The translations under genes were made by a program, and so were the position numbers. From Camelus ferus (lineage: Eukaryota), in NCBI RefSeq assembly GCF_009834535.1, contig NC_045697.1, positions 4,900,001-4,964,000 of the forward strand: DNA of 64,000 nt. Direction: 5' to 3'. Under the pieces are notes generated by a model. It was not told the DNA's origin. It saw only the letters and a list, made by a program, of their open reading frames with translations, and searched no databases. Of the stretch, positions 13,608-25,935 are shown piece by piece (position 1 is the first letter of the stretch; each line of letters opens with the position of its first letter).

Positions 13608-13875
13608 CATATTAAAGAAGACGTGTCCCGCTCTCAGAGAGAGGATGGCATTCTCTGGAAAAGGAAGTTGGCCGCACCTGTCCCTGGAGTCCGTCGGCGA
13701 ACTGGCCCCAGTGCCCATTGTAGGGGCAGAAACCATTGATTTATTCAACACCGGCGAAAAGCTCTTTATCTTCCGAAATCCCAGGGAGCCGGAGATCTCA
13801 CTGCATGTCCCCCCCAGGAAAAAGAAGAACTTTCTAAATGCCAAAAAGGCCACTTGGGCCTCAGGCATGAACTAG
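13608..13875 (+). CDS. EVC2: EVC2 terminal coding exon including the C-terminal W-peptide region
   Basis: Acceptor ttctgttctttctttag|C. Reads ILKKTCPALRERMAFSGKGSWPHLSLESVGELAPVPIVGAETIDLFNTGEKLFIFRNPREPEISLHVPPRKKKNFLNAKKATWASGMN, with TAG at 13873-13875. Confidence 0.96.
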
Positions 13876-13912
13876 CCCAAAGGAGTCTGAAGACAGATTT
13901 GCTTTCTCCTGC

Positions 13913-13914
<2 letters not shown>

Positions 13915-13958
<44 letters not shown>
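13915..13958. repeat. (GT)22 microsatellite
   Basis: Perfect dinucleotide run. Confidence 0.97.
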
Positions 13959-13961
<3 letters not shown>

Positions 13962-14303
13962 GTACAACCTGCAGATGTAAACTGCACGTGCAGAAGACAC
14001 AGACACCCCCCAACCCTCGCCTTCCCTCCACGGCTCTCAGTGACTCAGTTTAATCTGGTCTTGTGCGTTCCCAGATGGGCCACTCTCTTCAGCGTCACAA
14101 GGGACATGAAGAGACAGAGGCCCAGCCTGTGAACGCTGGTTGCTTTCAGTCCCACCTCGCCGAGGGTCTGGAGGAGACCCCAGCCCCCACTCACATCCCC
14201 GCAACGGCTGCCTGCAGGTTGGGCTGTGTGTCAGAGGCCACGCTCTCTGTTCTTACGTTGTATGTTTCTTACATGTTCTTTTTTTATCAAGGGAACTTCT
14301 GAA

Positions 14304-14309
14304 AATAAA
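14304..14309 (+). terminator. EVC2 polyadenylation signal
   Basis: AATAAA with a U-rich upstream tract and a GU/U-rich downstream tract (ctcgtttttgctttctgt). Confidence 0.75.
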
Positions 14310-15879
14310 TGCATTTGATGCAAAGCTCTTCTCGGTGAAGCTCGTTTTTGCTTTCTGTAGGGACTGTTCATTTTTAATCACTTCTTGTGTTTTGGCCCCA
14401 CACTGTGGTATTTGACAGAGATCTGCTCTCTGTGTTTCCAGTGGCCAGAAGATGTGCAGGCCACAGGGCGGTACCATCTCCAACCCACATCACAAAACTC
14501 AGCGGCTTAAGAAGGTGAGGTGATTAGTGCGAGATCATAAAGCCAATAAGTTAACCAAGAAGGACTCCCACTATAGCCCCAAACTCCTGTGCCTTCTCCT
14601 GCTCCATCAGTGGACACTCCTGTCCTCACCCGTTTGCCAACAAACTGACTACACACAGGTCCTCATGTGTCTCAGTGCTTTCCTGTGCCCTGACCCTCAT
14701 CATCCTCACGGTGGTAGTTGAGCCAATGAGGTCCCACTGGGGCTGGACCGGATCATGGTCTCAGCTTTCCTGAGAGCCAGGCAAGGAACACAATCACAGC
14801 AGGCCTTTCCTGAGGACACAAGGTGATTGGGAGGGGAATCGGGTCACCAGGGAGAGGAAGACAAGGAATCCTGATGAAGCACGTGTTCCTTGAGAGCGGC
14901 TGCTAGACCCTTCCAGCTGCTTTAACCCGCATCTTAATCCTCATCAACCCCCCAGCAGGTGGGGGTCACGACTCCCATTTTACAGCCAAGGAAGCTGAGA
15001 ATCAGAGTTTAAGTAACCTGCCTGTGATGGCACCATTAGAAAGGAGGAAGTCTGGCTTTGAGTTCAGGTGTCCTCACTTAAAACCCTTCTCTGCCACGAC
15101 TCATCCCATTGCTTTTGGCAACCGGAAGGTCAGGTCTTATTTGCGGTTTCCTACCAGCAGGCACGCAGCGCGGTGAGCGGGGACCTCTTCTGAGGATCGC
15201 ATTTCTTCTGGGAGGTGGCCGTGTACCGTCTTAAGGCTGCCAGTGGGTTGTATGACTGCATTAGCAGATATGTACAAACAAGAAGTTCAAATCCAAGAAA
15301 GAAGAGCGGTCAGTTTTCCCATCTGAAGGTCAGAGTGAGCAGAGAGAGGACAGGAAGAGCAGTGATTTTCACACACAGGATCGTGGAGTGGAAAATGCAT
15401 GGTCTTTGATGTAAGTCAATTTAAGTTCGGGTCCTGCTTTCTTGCTTGTGAGCTGTGCTTGCTAGGCAAGTCACCTGACCTTCCTGAGCCTCAGTTTCCT
15501 CATCAGCAAAATGGTGGTGAGAACCCCTTGTTAGGAGGATTGGATGAAACTGGGTCCATAAAGCGCTTGGTGCAGGTGTGGGCTGCCCACGTCTGTGTCC
15601 TTACGTGGTCCTTGAAGGTGACCCACCTGCCTTTCTAATGATTCCCTGGTGCTAGAATTATGTACAGTTGAAAGTAGACTGCACACAGATTTCAAAAAAT
15701 AACTCAAAATTATGGGCTGAAGACTGATTGAATAGACTATTCACAACAGCGGGAGGTGCTCAAGCTGTTCAAAATACAGCATCTGAACCTAATTATAACT
15801 CCCTACGTTAACAGACGGGAGTCCAGCTACTGATTTAATTCTCTAAACTCACCACACGAGAAACACGAAGACGTGTTGG

Positions 15880-16075
15880 GGAAAGCCTGTGCTTTTGGAA
15901 TCAGGTAGCTTGGGTCTAAATCCTGGCTCTGCAACTTTTGAACAAGCCCCTTTACCACTCTGAACCTCAGTCTCCTCATCTGTAAAACAAGAATCCTAAT
16001 ACCTGCCTTAGAGGAGGGATGGCAAAGAGTGACGACATTGGATACTGTGTCCACAGAGTTCAGTAAAAGGTTGGT
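15880..16075 (+). mobile_element. MIR (one example; others at ~4060, 7890, 14930, 15420, 19040, 31350, 35480, 36390, 63280)
   Basis: MIR core ctctgaacctcagtctcctcatctgtaaaacaagaatcctaatacctgcct. Confidence 0.75.
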
Positions 16076-16639
16076 TGCTGATTTATGAATGAACGTTGCT
16101 GATTTACTTATTATATTTCTACGTCTTCACAAAATTCAGCTTTGTGGTCCAAACAGTGACCCTCCTACAAGGGCTGCACCTGCCACAAGACACAGACGCC
16201 TATTTGTGAGAGAGAAGCTCCAGGGAACTTGAACTGAAAGGACCTGAGCTCAAATTTGAGCTCTAATTTCTTCTTTTCCAGGAGTGACTACTTTCAGTTG
16301 TTTAGCTGTTTCTGTGCCATTAACATTTATATTTTTTGGAACATACTGCAACTTCTCAGTGCTGTATTATCCATAATATATATAAACTTTCTAGTATAGA
16401 AGATGTGAATTTAGCTGTCTTAGACACACATACGCACATACACACACAGACACCACACGCCCTTCCTCTCCAGTTATGTAATGCGATTAAAACACAAATT
16501 CCAGTAAATACTCAACATTTTTATTATTATAACTACTAAAATTTTATGTGAAGCTGAGTCATGTAGGCCATTTTAATTAATTTCTTTATTGTGTGTGTAA
16601 CTTTTTGTTTTCCCTAGAATTAATAATTGGCTAGAACTG

Positions 16640-19025
16640 TATAGTTATGTTTAAAAAAGAGAGACTCCATTATCTTTTGGAGAAACATACTGAAATATTT
16701 ATGGAAGAAATTATGTGCTGTTAGAGATTTGCTTCAAGATAATATGGAAGGGCTGCTGGCCATGATAAGGTAACAGAGACTGAATTTAAACTCCCAACTT
16801 AAACAACCAGAGAGCTGGCCGACACATAGGCAAGAACTACCTTCAGACACTGAGCAGCAGGCGGCACGAGACGCTGACACCTGAAGGAAGGGAAGTAAGT
16901 GGAGGGCCCCCCCCCGCACCTGCCTGCGCTTGGTGCCTGGAGGCAGTTTTAAGGCCGCCGATCAGGGAGGGGAAACCCAGACAGAGCCCAGCAGTCTCCT
17001 TGAGTTGAGGAGACAGAGAACAGAATTCAGGGAGACTGAGGCAACTGGAATTTATGAGGCAGAATATGGAGAGGAAGGAGAGACACAGAAAGGGGGGCAG
17101 AGACAGAGAGAGAACAAGCCAGTATGGACAGAAGGGTCCCCTTAAGTCTCTTGTCTGAATACGGAGCTGTGTGCACAGGAGGGAAAACTGTCAGGGGGAA
17201 GAAAGAACCACCAGAAAGAATTTCCAAACAATTCCCAAAGCTCCCCAAGGGCTGAGAACAGGTCTCACTCCCACCAGCCAGAGGGTGATGCGTCAGCTGG
17301 TCCTCTGATGGACACTGCCTTTGTAATGGAATAAATTACCCGCTCTGGACTCACCAGAACAAGGCTTAAAAGCAAGTCTCAACATATCTGTAGAGAAAGA
17401 AAATAGATTAGTGGTCGCCTGGGGTCTGGGGGGATGGGCAGGAGCATGGGGATTATGGAGAGTAATGGCTGATGGGTACATTTTTCGGCAATGAAAATTT
17501 TCTAAAATTAGATTATACTTATGCTTGCACAGCTCTGTAAATACAATAAAAACACAGTGAACTGTATACTTTAAGTGGGTGAACTTCATGGTATGTAAAT
17601 TCTATCTTGATAAAGCCATTAAAAAGAAAAAAAAAGAAGAAAACAAGCCTCAAACAGTTTAAACTGATCTCAAGTGACTTAACAATATGCCAGAACAAAG
17701 TCCAAAGCCACTTAAAGGAATACAATAAAATCCAGCGCCCAGTAAATGTAAAATCACCAATGTCTGGCATCCAATCAAAAATTACCAGGCATGCAAAGAA
17801 GCAAGAATATAAGACTCATAAACATGAAAAAAAAAAAAAAAACCCAATCCATTGAGACTGACTGAGAAATGACAGATATGAAAGAATTAGCATATTAGGA
17901 CATTAAATCAGCTATTATACATTCCCTATATGCTCAAAATAAAGAAGGAAATATGACGTGAATAACAGAAATGGAAAATATAAAAAGTGTTCAGAACACG
18001 TCTAGTTTCAGTTCAGACACATAAAGAGCTTAGAAGTCAGAACGTCTGTATTTCTAACAAGAAGAAAAGCTGAACAAACTGGAAACCTTTGTCTTTTCTG
18101 GGGCCCTTCAGAGACCTGAGGTCACAGGGCAAGTCCCTACCCTGAAATCTGGAGGGACAGGCCAACCGAGAGAGTTTAGCCAAGACCCGAACTCAGACAG
18201 ATGCTAAGCACAGGGATGGAGACAGACATTCCTTGTGGTTTGTACTGTAGAGCACTGGGAAATATCTTCAAGATCTTGCAGTAGCTCGTGGAGAAAAAAG
18301 AATATGAAAATGAATATATGTATAGTCATGTATGACTGAAAAATTGTGCTGTGCACCAGAAATTGACACAACAGTGTAACCTGACTATAACTCAATTAAA
18401 AAAAAATTTTTTTTTTAGAGAAAGCTGGAGCTATACAACCTGAAGCAAATCAGACTTCAGAACAAAAGAAATCATTATGGATAAAGAAGACATTACGTAT
18501 CAGTAAACAGGTCAATTCTGCAGGAAGATATAGCAATCCTAAATATATATGCACCTAACAATAAAGTGTCAAAATACATGAGGCAAGAATGATAGAGCTG
18601 CAAGGAGAAATACACCGTTTAATAGCCGCTGAATATACATTCTTCTTAAGTTCACATGCAAAATTCGCTAAGGTAAACCACATTCTGGGCTGTAAAACAC
18701 AACTGAAAAATCTAAAAGAATAGAAATTATTCAAAGTATATTATCAGACCACAGTGTAATTAAACCAGAAATAAAAAAACAGGGAGACAGCTGGAACACC
18801 ACACAAGTATTTGATATTAAACAGCACACATCTAAATAACACATGGGTTAAGAAGTCTCAAAACATTTTAAAATATTTTGAGTTGAATGAAAATATAACT
18901 TAACAAAATGTATGGATGCAGCAAAAGCAGTATTTGTGGAGAAATGTATACCGTTAAATGCACGTAGTAGGAAAGACAAAAGATCTAAAATCAATCAACC
19001 AAGTTTCTGCATTCGGAAGCTGGAG
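16640..19025 (+). mobile_element. Cluster of old L1 (L1M) fragments with nested younger L1 3' ends
   Basis: Endonuclease motif EDIAILNIYAPNN at ~18525-18563. L1MB-like 3' end at ~17385-17640. Younger L1 3' tail at ~18210-18406 (gaaattgacacaaca...ctataactcaattaaaaa). Confidence 0.8.
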
Positions 19026-20709
19026 AAGGAAGCGCATCGCCTGAGACAGACCTGGATTAGATGTGAGGCCCCTCAGTGCCCCTGCTGAACTGTGGGATTG
19101 TGGATGCGTCTCTCAGCCTCTGCACTACTCATTTTACTCACCTGTAAGTACAAGGGTGTGACCTAGTGCCTGTCTCACAGGTGCTGTGAGGGTGAGAGGA
19201 CAAAGCAAACCCCCGTGCCTGGCATGTGTTCAGGGCCCAAGAAATGATGGCTGGTGGAGCTGTAATGATGCTTCTGCAACAGTGTAAGGTTAAGTGCTCT
19301 GTATTTGTTTTATTGTTCCCATTCAGTTGTGTAGTGGGGTTGATGAATACTTAATGACATGGGAGAGCTTTAACAAATAATGTAAGCTAAAAGACGCAGA
19401 CTTAAATGAGGTAACAGTGTTCAGCATTCAATCAATGTTTGTTCAGTAAATAAGTTAATCGATTAATTAATGAAACAGGAAAGAAGGGAGGGGGGAGGAA
19501 GGAAGGAGAAAAGGAAGGAAGGAAAGAGCCTTGTTTTTCAAGTGAATATATAGAAATATGAAAAGAACTTGAAGTAAAGCAAACTGTTAACATTACTTAC
19601 CCCTGGAGAATTGATTACAGATGATTTTCTTTGATTTTTCCCTCTATGCTTCTCAGTAGCTTCCAAATCTGTTAAAATGAATCTCTATTGCCTTTGTAAT
19701 CAGATAAGAGCACAAAATGATATCTAAAAATCAGAGATTTGACATAAAGAAAATAATTTTTATAATTTACCTTCTAATCATAGTTCTGGTTTAGGAGTAT
19801 CTAAAACCGACTTCACATAACAATAGTAAATCATAAAGTTAGTTCTTCTTACCAGTTTTCTGCTGAGCTGTGATTGGGTAGATGTGAGTGATCTGCAGAC
19901 ACTTGTAGTTTCAATTAGAGATTGCCTCCTGCTGCCTGTAACAGAAGAATCAGACATTAGTGGGGAAAATAAGAGAGGAGCTTTATTCTCTCTCACATGG
20001 CACACAATCTAGAAGTGGCATTTGGACATTGTTCCTGGGTGTCGCAGACACCAAACCTGATCGTCAGACCCTTTGGAGAGTGGGCAGTCTGGGAGGTCTC
20101 TAATGTTTTTAAAGCGGTGCTGGGAGGCCCACTGGGTATTACTCATTATTTAAGGCTTGTCAGGGAGGAGACGCATTTGAAAGTTGCAGCATCTTCACAG
20201 CTGACCAAAGCAAAAGAGGGAGACAACTAAGAAAAATAATTCTTTCTTGTTTTCTTCAGAGCATGGAGACGAGAGAAAGTAAAAGCATCCTGCTAGGGCC
20301 ACCCACCGTTCTCTCTGTTCATGTGAAAGGAATCCAGCGTTTTCTATATACCAGATGCTGCGCGAAGTGACCGATCTCTATGAGACACAGGAAGAAAACC
20401 AGGACAGCAAAACTCTGCGGCCAACGGAGTCACCAAAACCAATAAAAACCTTCATCACTCACTGCAGTCGCGTCTGGAAAATAATTCCACACAGGCTGCA
20501 CGGGGTGAGATGTTTGCAGTTACTGAACATGAAGCCCAAACATGTTAATTTGATAAATTAGCAGGATGTGATTCTATGCTCCACTTCCGACAAGATCACA
20601 GGAAATTTATTAGCCCAGAATGACAATCTAAGGAAGAAAAATTCCCAGAAATGATCTTTAACCCCTTAGTCCCCATTGCTATGAGTTAGGTTCTCCTGGC
20701 CAAGCCTTT

Positions 20710-21225
20710 ATTATTATTTTTTTATTGAAGTATAGTCAGTTACAATGTGTCAATTTCTGGTGTGCAGCATCACGTTTCAGTCATACAGATACATAGATAT
20801 ATTCTTTTTCATTGTAGGTTACTACAGGATATTGAAAATAGTTCCCTGTGCTGTACAGTAGAAACTTGTTGTTAATCAATTTTATATATAGTAGTTAGTA
20901 TCTGCAAATGCTCAAACACCCAATTTATCCCTCCATCCTCTCTTCCCCCACTGGTAACCATAAATTTGTTTTCTATGTCTGTGAATCTGTTTCCGTTTTG
21001 TAATTAGTTCATTTGTGGCTTTATTTTTTAGATTCCACATATAAGTGATATCATACGGTATTTTTCTTTCTCTTTCTGGCTTACTTCATCTGCAGATCCA
21101 TCCATGTGGCTGCAAATGGTATTATTTCATTCTTTTTTATGGCTGAGTAGTATTCCATTGTATGTATACACCACATCTTCTTTATCCAGCCATCTGTTGA
21201 TGGACATTTAGGTTGCTTCCATGTG
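20710..21225 (-). mobile_element. 5'-truncated L1 (ORF2 C-terminus plus 3' UTR), artiodactyl/camelid type
   Basis: ORF track peptide TWKQPKCPSTDGWIKKMWCIHTMEYYSAIKKNEIIPFAATWMDL is the L1 ORF2 C-terminus. T-rich tail at ~20710. Confidence 0.9.
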
Positions 21226-23669
21226 ACGATGTTTAGGGTGTACTTTCGGCAGGAATGAGCACACAGTCTAGCTGGGTTCACGTGTCTCACAGCATACACG
21301 TCGGAATGTAAATAGTGAGTTGCTACCGAGATTCACAAGTGGGTAAGATCACTGTGTGCTGTAGAAATAAGAGAAGACTTCTTTGGGAAGGTGAAAATTA
21401 AGTTGAATTTTATCGTGACGAATTTGTGGTTATCTTGGAGGCAAAATAACACCCAACTTTGAATTAACTAAGACGCAGGCTTGTGCCAGATGGAGATGAA
21501 AGCATAGGCTTTAAAGGCTGGACTGGTCCCTGCACCCGACCTGAGTGGCCGCATGGGTGACCTCCTACTTTACTCCCTGTTAGGCAGACTGCCTGCCCCC
21601 ATCACAGTAAGTCACACATCTGAGATGAGTTCAAATCTAACCCAGACCGTCAGTGGGGCTGTTCGACAGGGCACACCGGACAGCTCGCTGAGAAGGGGGG
21701 TCTGAGGCGAGCACTCCCAGCTCAGCGACGAGGCAAAGAGAGCTGAAGTCTCCGCTCTCGTGACTTTCCCTCCCTGGGAGTGGGATGGACATTCTCTTGC
21801 CCTTATGGAAATATGAGGAGTAGGGAATAAACTTCTCCTTGCAAAGTCATGGCTGGCTGAAGTTTAGACTGACTCGGAAACCTGTAACAGAAGGAGTGAC
21901 TTCACAGGTCTGTGAGCACCAGCACCATCAGCATGTCAACAACAACAGTAACGGTTCCAGCAGCACCTCAGCAACAGAAGCCGCAGCCCCGCCACCTCCG
22001 GCCCTCGGGAGCTGCGCGGCGTGTTTACTTAGCCTGCATCATCTCACTGAGCCCTCCCGGGATTTTCCCGAAGAGCTGGGATGAGGAGAGGCTGGGTGAG
22101 ACCGCATCCCTAGGATGTTCGCCACCCAGTAAGAAGGAACTCATTTTTGAGGTCTGGGTTCTTTCAGTACCTGAACAACCTCAAGCAAGTTCTGTCACCT
22201 CCCTGGATTTCAATTTTTCAGTCTCTAATGGGGGAAGAAAATGACTCCCACATTTGTTGTGAGGACGGAGGAAGGTAATGTGTGAGGAGCGGGGCCCCCT
22301 GGAAGGCGTCTTGTCAGATCAGACTGTAAGGGGAACTACGGGGGCTGAGCTCCCCGCTCAGCACCCCCTCTCTTCTCTCGCGTCCTTTACCTTTTCATCA
22401 TTTCGCCTCCTCTCAGCTGGGAGCCGTCAGGAAAGGCAGAAGGATGGGAAAAGGCAGCTTTTATCCACTACGCTTGTCATCTTCCGCTTTTCACTGATGC
22501 TCAGTTCTGTTTTCTTAGGAAAGATTTAAAAAAAACCTTCACAAACACAAAAGCATCAAAACAAAAAAACACCTACTTCTTCAAGGCAGACTGTCAGAAG
22601 ACAGAGGGAACTGGACCTCTCTCCAGCTGAGAGCCTTGTTTGTATGTTGGCCTCTGCTCTTTGTTTCCAAGAGAAGTGACACAAAGAAGGATGCTCAGGG
22701 GACCTTCGGGTTGTGGGCCACCTGCCATTGAACATCCGCCCACTTCCTTTAGGCGCCACACCTGAGGGCAGATCAGTGCCTCTGAGAAGCAGGCTGGGAG
22801 TGGTCCACGGAGAATGCGCATCTTTGGAAGATGGCTGAAGCAACCCCCACCTTTGGCCAAGAGTCGTGAACACAGGCGTTCACCCTCCCTCAGTCCCAGC
22901 AATGGTCACTGAGTCTGCCCAGGAAGCTCAGAAGGCTAAAGGATTATTCCCAACACCTACCACCACGCCAGTCTTAATCAGTGGTGGGAGAACAGTCTCA
23001 GGATTGTCTGTCTCAATTGGCCGTTTAAATTTACTGGTAAGAGACTGGTTAATGATAACAATGCATTGTAAAACCTTCAGAAGGAAAGGAGAACGCTTTG
23101 TGGACCATTTCTTTTGGGTGTGGCAGTTTTAAGTTACTAGTTTTTAAAATCAGTACTTTTTAATGGCAACAACTTGACCAAAAATCTGTCACAGAGTTTT
23201 GAGATCCATTAAAATGAAGTTTAATGCAAAACAAAAAACAACACCAACCATCAACGTCCATCAACAAAATCACCCTTCTTCTCAGCCGGCTTCCTGAAGT
23301 CAGGGACGCATTGTTTGGTTCACCGCATTCCTCATGACTGTTTTCTTCGCTTGGACCAGATTCTGATCGCAGGTGAAGCGCCAGCCGCAGCCACCCCCCT
23401 AGAGGGGGTGCTGAAGCAGACTCCATCTCAGGGGTGCCCCGCCCCAGCTGAAGGTACGGGCTTTTATATTCCCTGACTGGTGGGTTATTGGCTCTGGGGT
23501 GAGGGGTGGAAATGGCCAGGGGAGAGTTCTCAAGCTCTTCTAGTAATCTGTGCCAACAAGAAGGCTCCAGTGCCCAGGGGCTAGCCTGTGACAGTGACAG
23601 GGGCAAACCTGTGACAGCAGAGCACACAGGCCAGAGGATCTAGGGATGGATGCACATTGCTGGCGAGGG

Positions 23670-23958
23670 GCTCTGAGGAGGTGGGCTGGGCACAGGAAGG
23701 AATTTAGTGCTTTTCTGTGTATGGGAAGGTGCAAAAGTCTGGGCTCACTGAGATCATTTCTTTCATACGCACCTTAGCTGTCCAGGGCCTGTATCCAGTG
23801 CTTTCCCATCCTGAGTCCCCTCAGGTCACCGCTGGGGGTGGCTGCAGGGGCTAATGGCTTGATGGCAGCACCACTGGGGGCAGCTGCAATGTGATGACTT
23901 GATGGCCGCAGCATCCTTTGTTTACTACTGATGTGGCAGGCAATGGTGTTCACTCACA
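23670..23958 (-). mobile_element. Partial MER41-like (ERV1) LTR
   Basis: tgtatgggaaggtgcaaaagtctgggctcactgagatcatt...catcctgagtcccctcagg...catcctttgtttact resembles artiodactyl MER41 as recalled. Confidence 0.55.
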
Positions 23959-24819
23959 GCACCCACTGTGAAGGAAGGAGAGGGCAAAGGGGGTTCAGGG
24001 CTGGATGAGGCCTCAATTTCCTCATCTGTGAAGTCGAGATCCTAGCTGCATCCATCTGACCGGGCTGTGAAGGTTCCGTGTGTGCCCACGCAGGGTAGAT
24101 CGCTCAGCGCGCCTCGCTGTTCCTGTTACAATTATTGCCCTTGTGTGTGTCAGCCTCATCATCTGATTTCGCTCTTACTCTCTTCACTCTCAGTTCTGTG
24201 ACTTGTCTTCCACTTGCTGCTCCAGGCCTCTTCTTGCATTTTACATTTTGGCAATGATTTTCACTTCCAGGAACTCTTTCATTTTCTCCCTCCTCTTTTC
24301 AGAATAGCTTGTTCTGTTGTTTTATGGCTGTAATATCTTCGCAGATCCCTCTGAGAATATGGATTCAATCTTCCAAAGTTCTCTTCTCTCCCCTGAGCCA
24401 ACTATTTCCTTTGGGGAGAGTTGTCTGTGCTAATCCTGCCCCGCTCCTCGTGATCTGCTTTTCCCCAAGGTTTGCTTGTCCTGGTCTGTTCTTATGGTTT
24501 GTCAATAAAGGACCAGACTGATGGTCGAGGTGGCTCAGTGGGTTTCTGCCAGATCTGTGTGATGCTGTTTGATCTCTTGGCTTCCCCACAAAGGAAGGCT
24601 GACATGGGCTTTGACCTGTGGATGGGGTCTGTCAGCCAGTGGCTTGACTTCAGCCTGTAGGGCTGGTACAGACAGACAGAGTGCCCCTCCTCCAAGAATA
24701 GGATTCCAATTTTGGTCTTGGAAAAAAAATGCAGCTACTGCTGGGGTCGGGGTTGGGGAAACAGTGTTGGGAGGGCAGATATCCAGCTCTTCTGCAGACA
24801 TATTTAAAAAAATTTTTTT

Positions 24820-24924
24820 AAGATACATGCACCCCAATGTTCATAGCAGTGTTATTTACAGTTGCCAAAGTATGGAAGCAGCCTCAGTGTCCATCAACAG
24901 ATGAATGGATAAAAAAGATGTGAG

Positions 24925-24976
<52 letters not shown>

Positions 24977-25330
24977 TGGAATACTACTCAGCCATAAACA
25001 AGGATATTTTGTCATTTGCAGCAATGTGGATGGACCTGGAAGGCATTAAGCAAAGTGAAATAAGTCAGACAGAGAAAGACAAACACTGTATGATATCACT
25101 TATATGTGGAATCTAAAAAATACAACAAACTAGTGACTAAAACAAAAAAGAAGCAGACTCACAGATAGAACAAACTAGTGGTTACTAATGGGGAAATGGA
25201 AGTGGGGAGGGGCAATATAGGGGTAGGGGATTAAAAATAAAGCATTATCATGGGATTATATGAAATCATGTGTGTGCAACTTTTGAAAATTGTAAAGCAC
25301 TACAGAATTTCAAAAAAATAAAAAGAATTT
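24820..25330 (+). mobile_element. 5'-truncated L1 3' end with an internal (CA)n expansion
   Basis: ccccaatgttcatagcag...ccatcaacagatgaatggataaa...gaatactactcagccataaa...aagtcagacagagaaagac, followed by an A-rich tail. Confidence 0.9.
24926..24974. repeat. (AC)~24 microsatellite inside an L1
   Basis: Perfect dinucleotide run. Confidence 0.95.
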
Positions 25331-25339
25331 TAAAAACCT

Positions 25340-25935
25340 CTTCATTTTATAATAATTTTAGATTTACAGAAGAACTTCAAAGACAGCATGGAAGAGTTCC
25401 CACGGATCAATCATTTACCTCTCCCAGTGTTGACCCCTTACATACCCACAATACATTTATCAAAGCTAAGAAATGAACATTAGTGCATTACCATTAGCTA
25501 AACTCTAGACTTTATTTGGGTTTCACCAGTTTTCCCACTACTGTCTCCTCTCTGTTCCACGAGGCCACCCAGAAGCCTCATTCATTTAGTTGTCATATCT
25601 CCTTAGTCTCCTTGTAATCTGTAAATTCAGTTTTCCATGTCTTCCGTGGTTCTAATAATTTGTTGAGTCAGGTCAGGAACTTAGAGTTGAGATTTGTCCA
25701 ATGTTTTCCCACGACTCCACTGGGGTTGTGGGTTTGGGGGAAGCACACCGCAGAGAGGTAGGGCCTCTCTCATCACATCTAACTGTGGGCACATGCCATC
25801 AACATGACTTTTTACTGGTGGTGTTAACTTTGATCACTGGGTTAGGTGGTGTCTGTTAAGTTTTTCCTCTGTAGCATACTGTCCATCCATTTCCATATTC
25901 TGTCTGTTAGACATGAGTCACTAAGTCCTGTCCAC
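25340..25935 (-). mobile_element. Old L1MC/MD-like 3' fragment
   Basis: aattttagatttacagaagaacttcaaagacagc...atttatcaaagctaagaaatgaacatt...gttaactttgatcactgggtta. Confidence 0.65.

Larger units (their letters stand above)
13876..14335 (+). other. EVC2: EVC2 3' UTR (end approximate)
   Basis: Runs from the stop codon to the first downstream AATAAA. Contains a (GT)22 tract. Confidence 0.7.
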
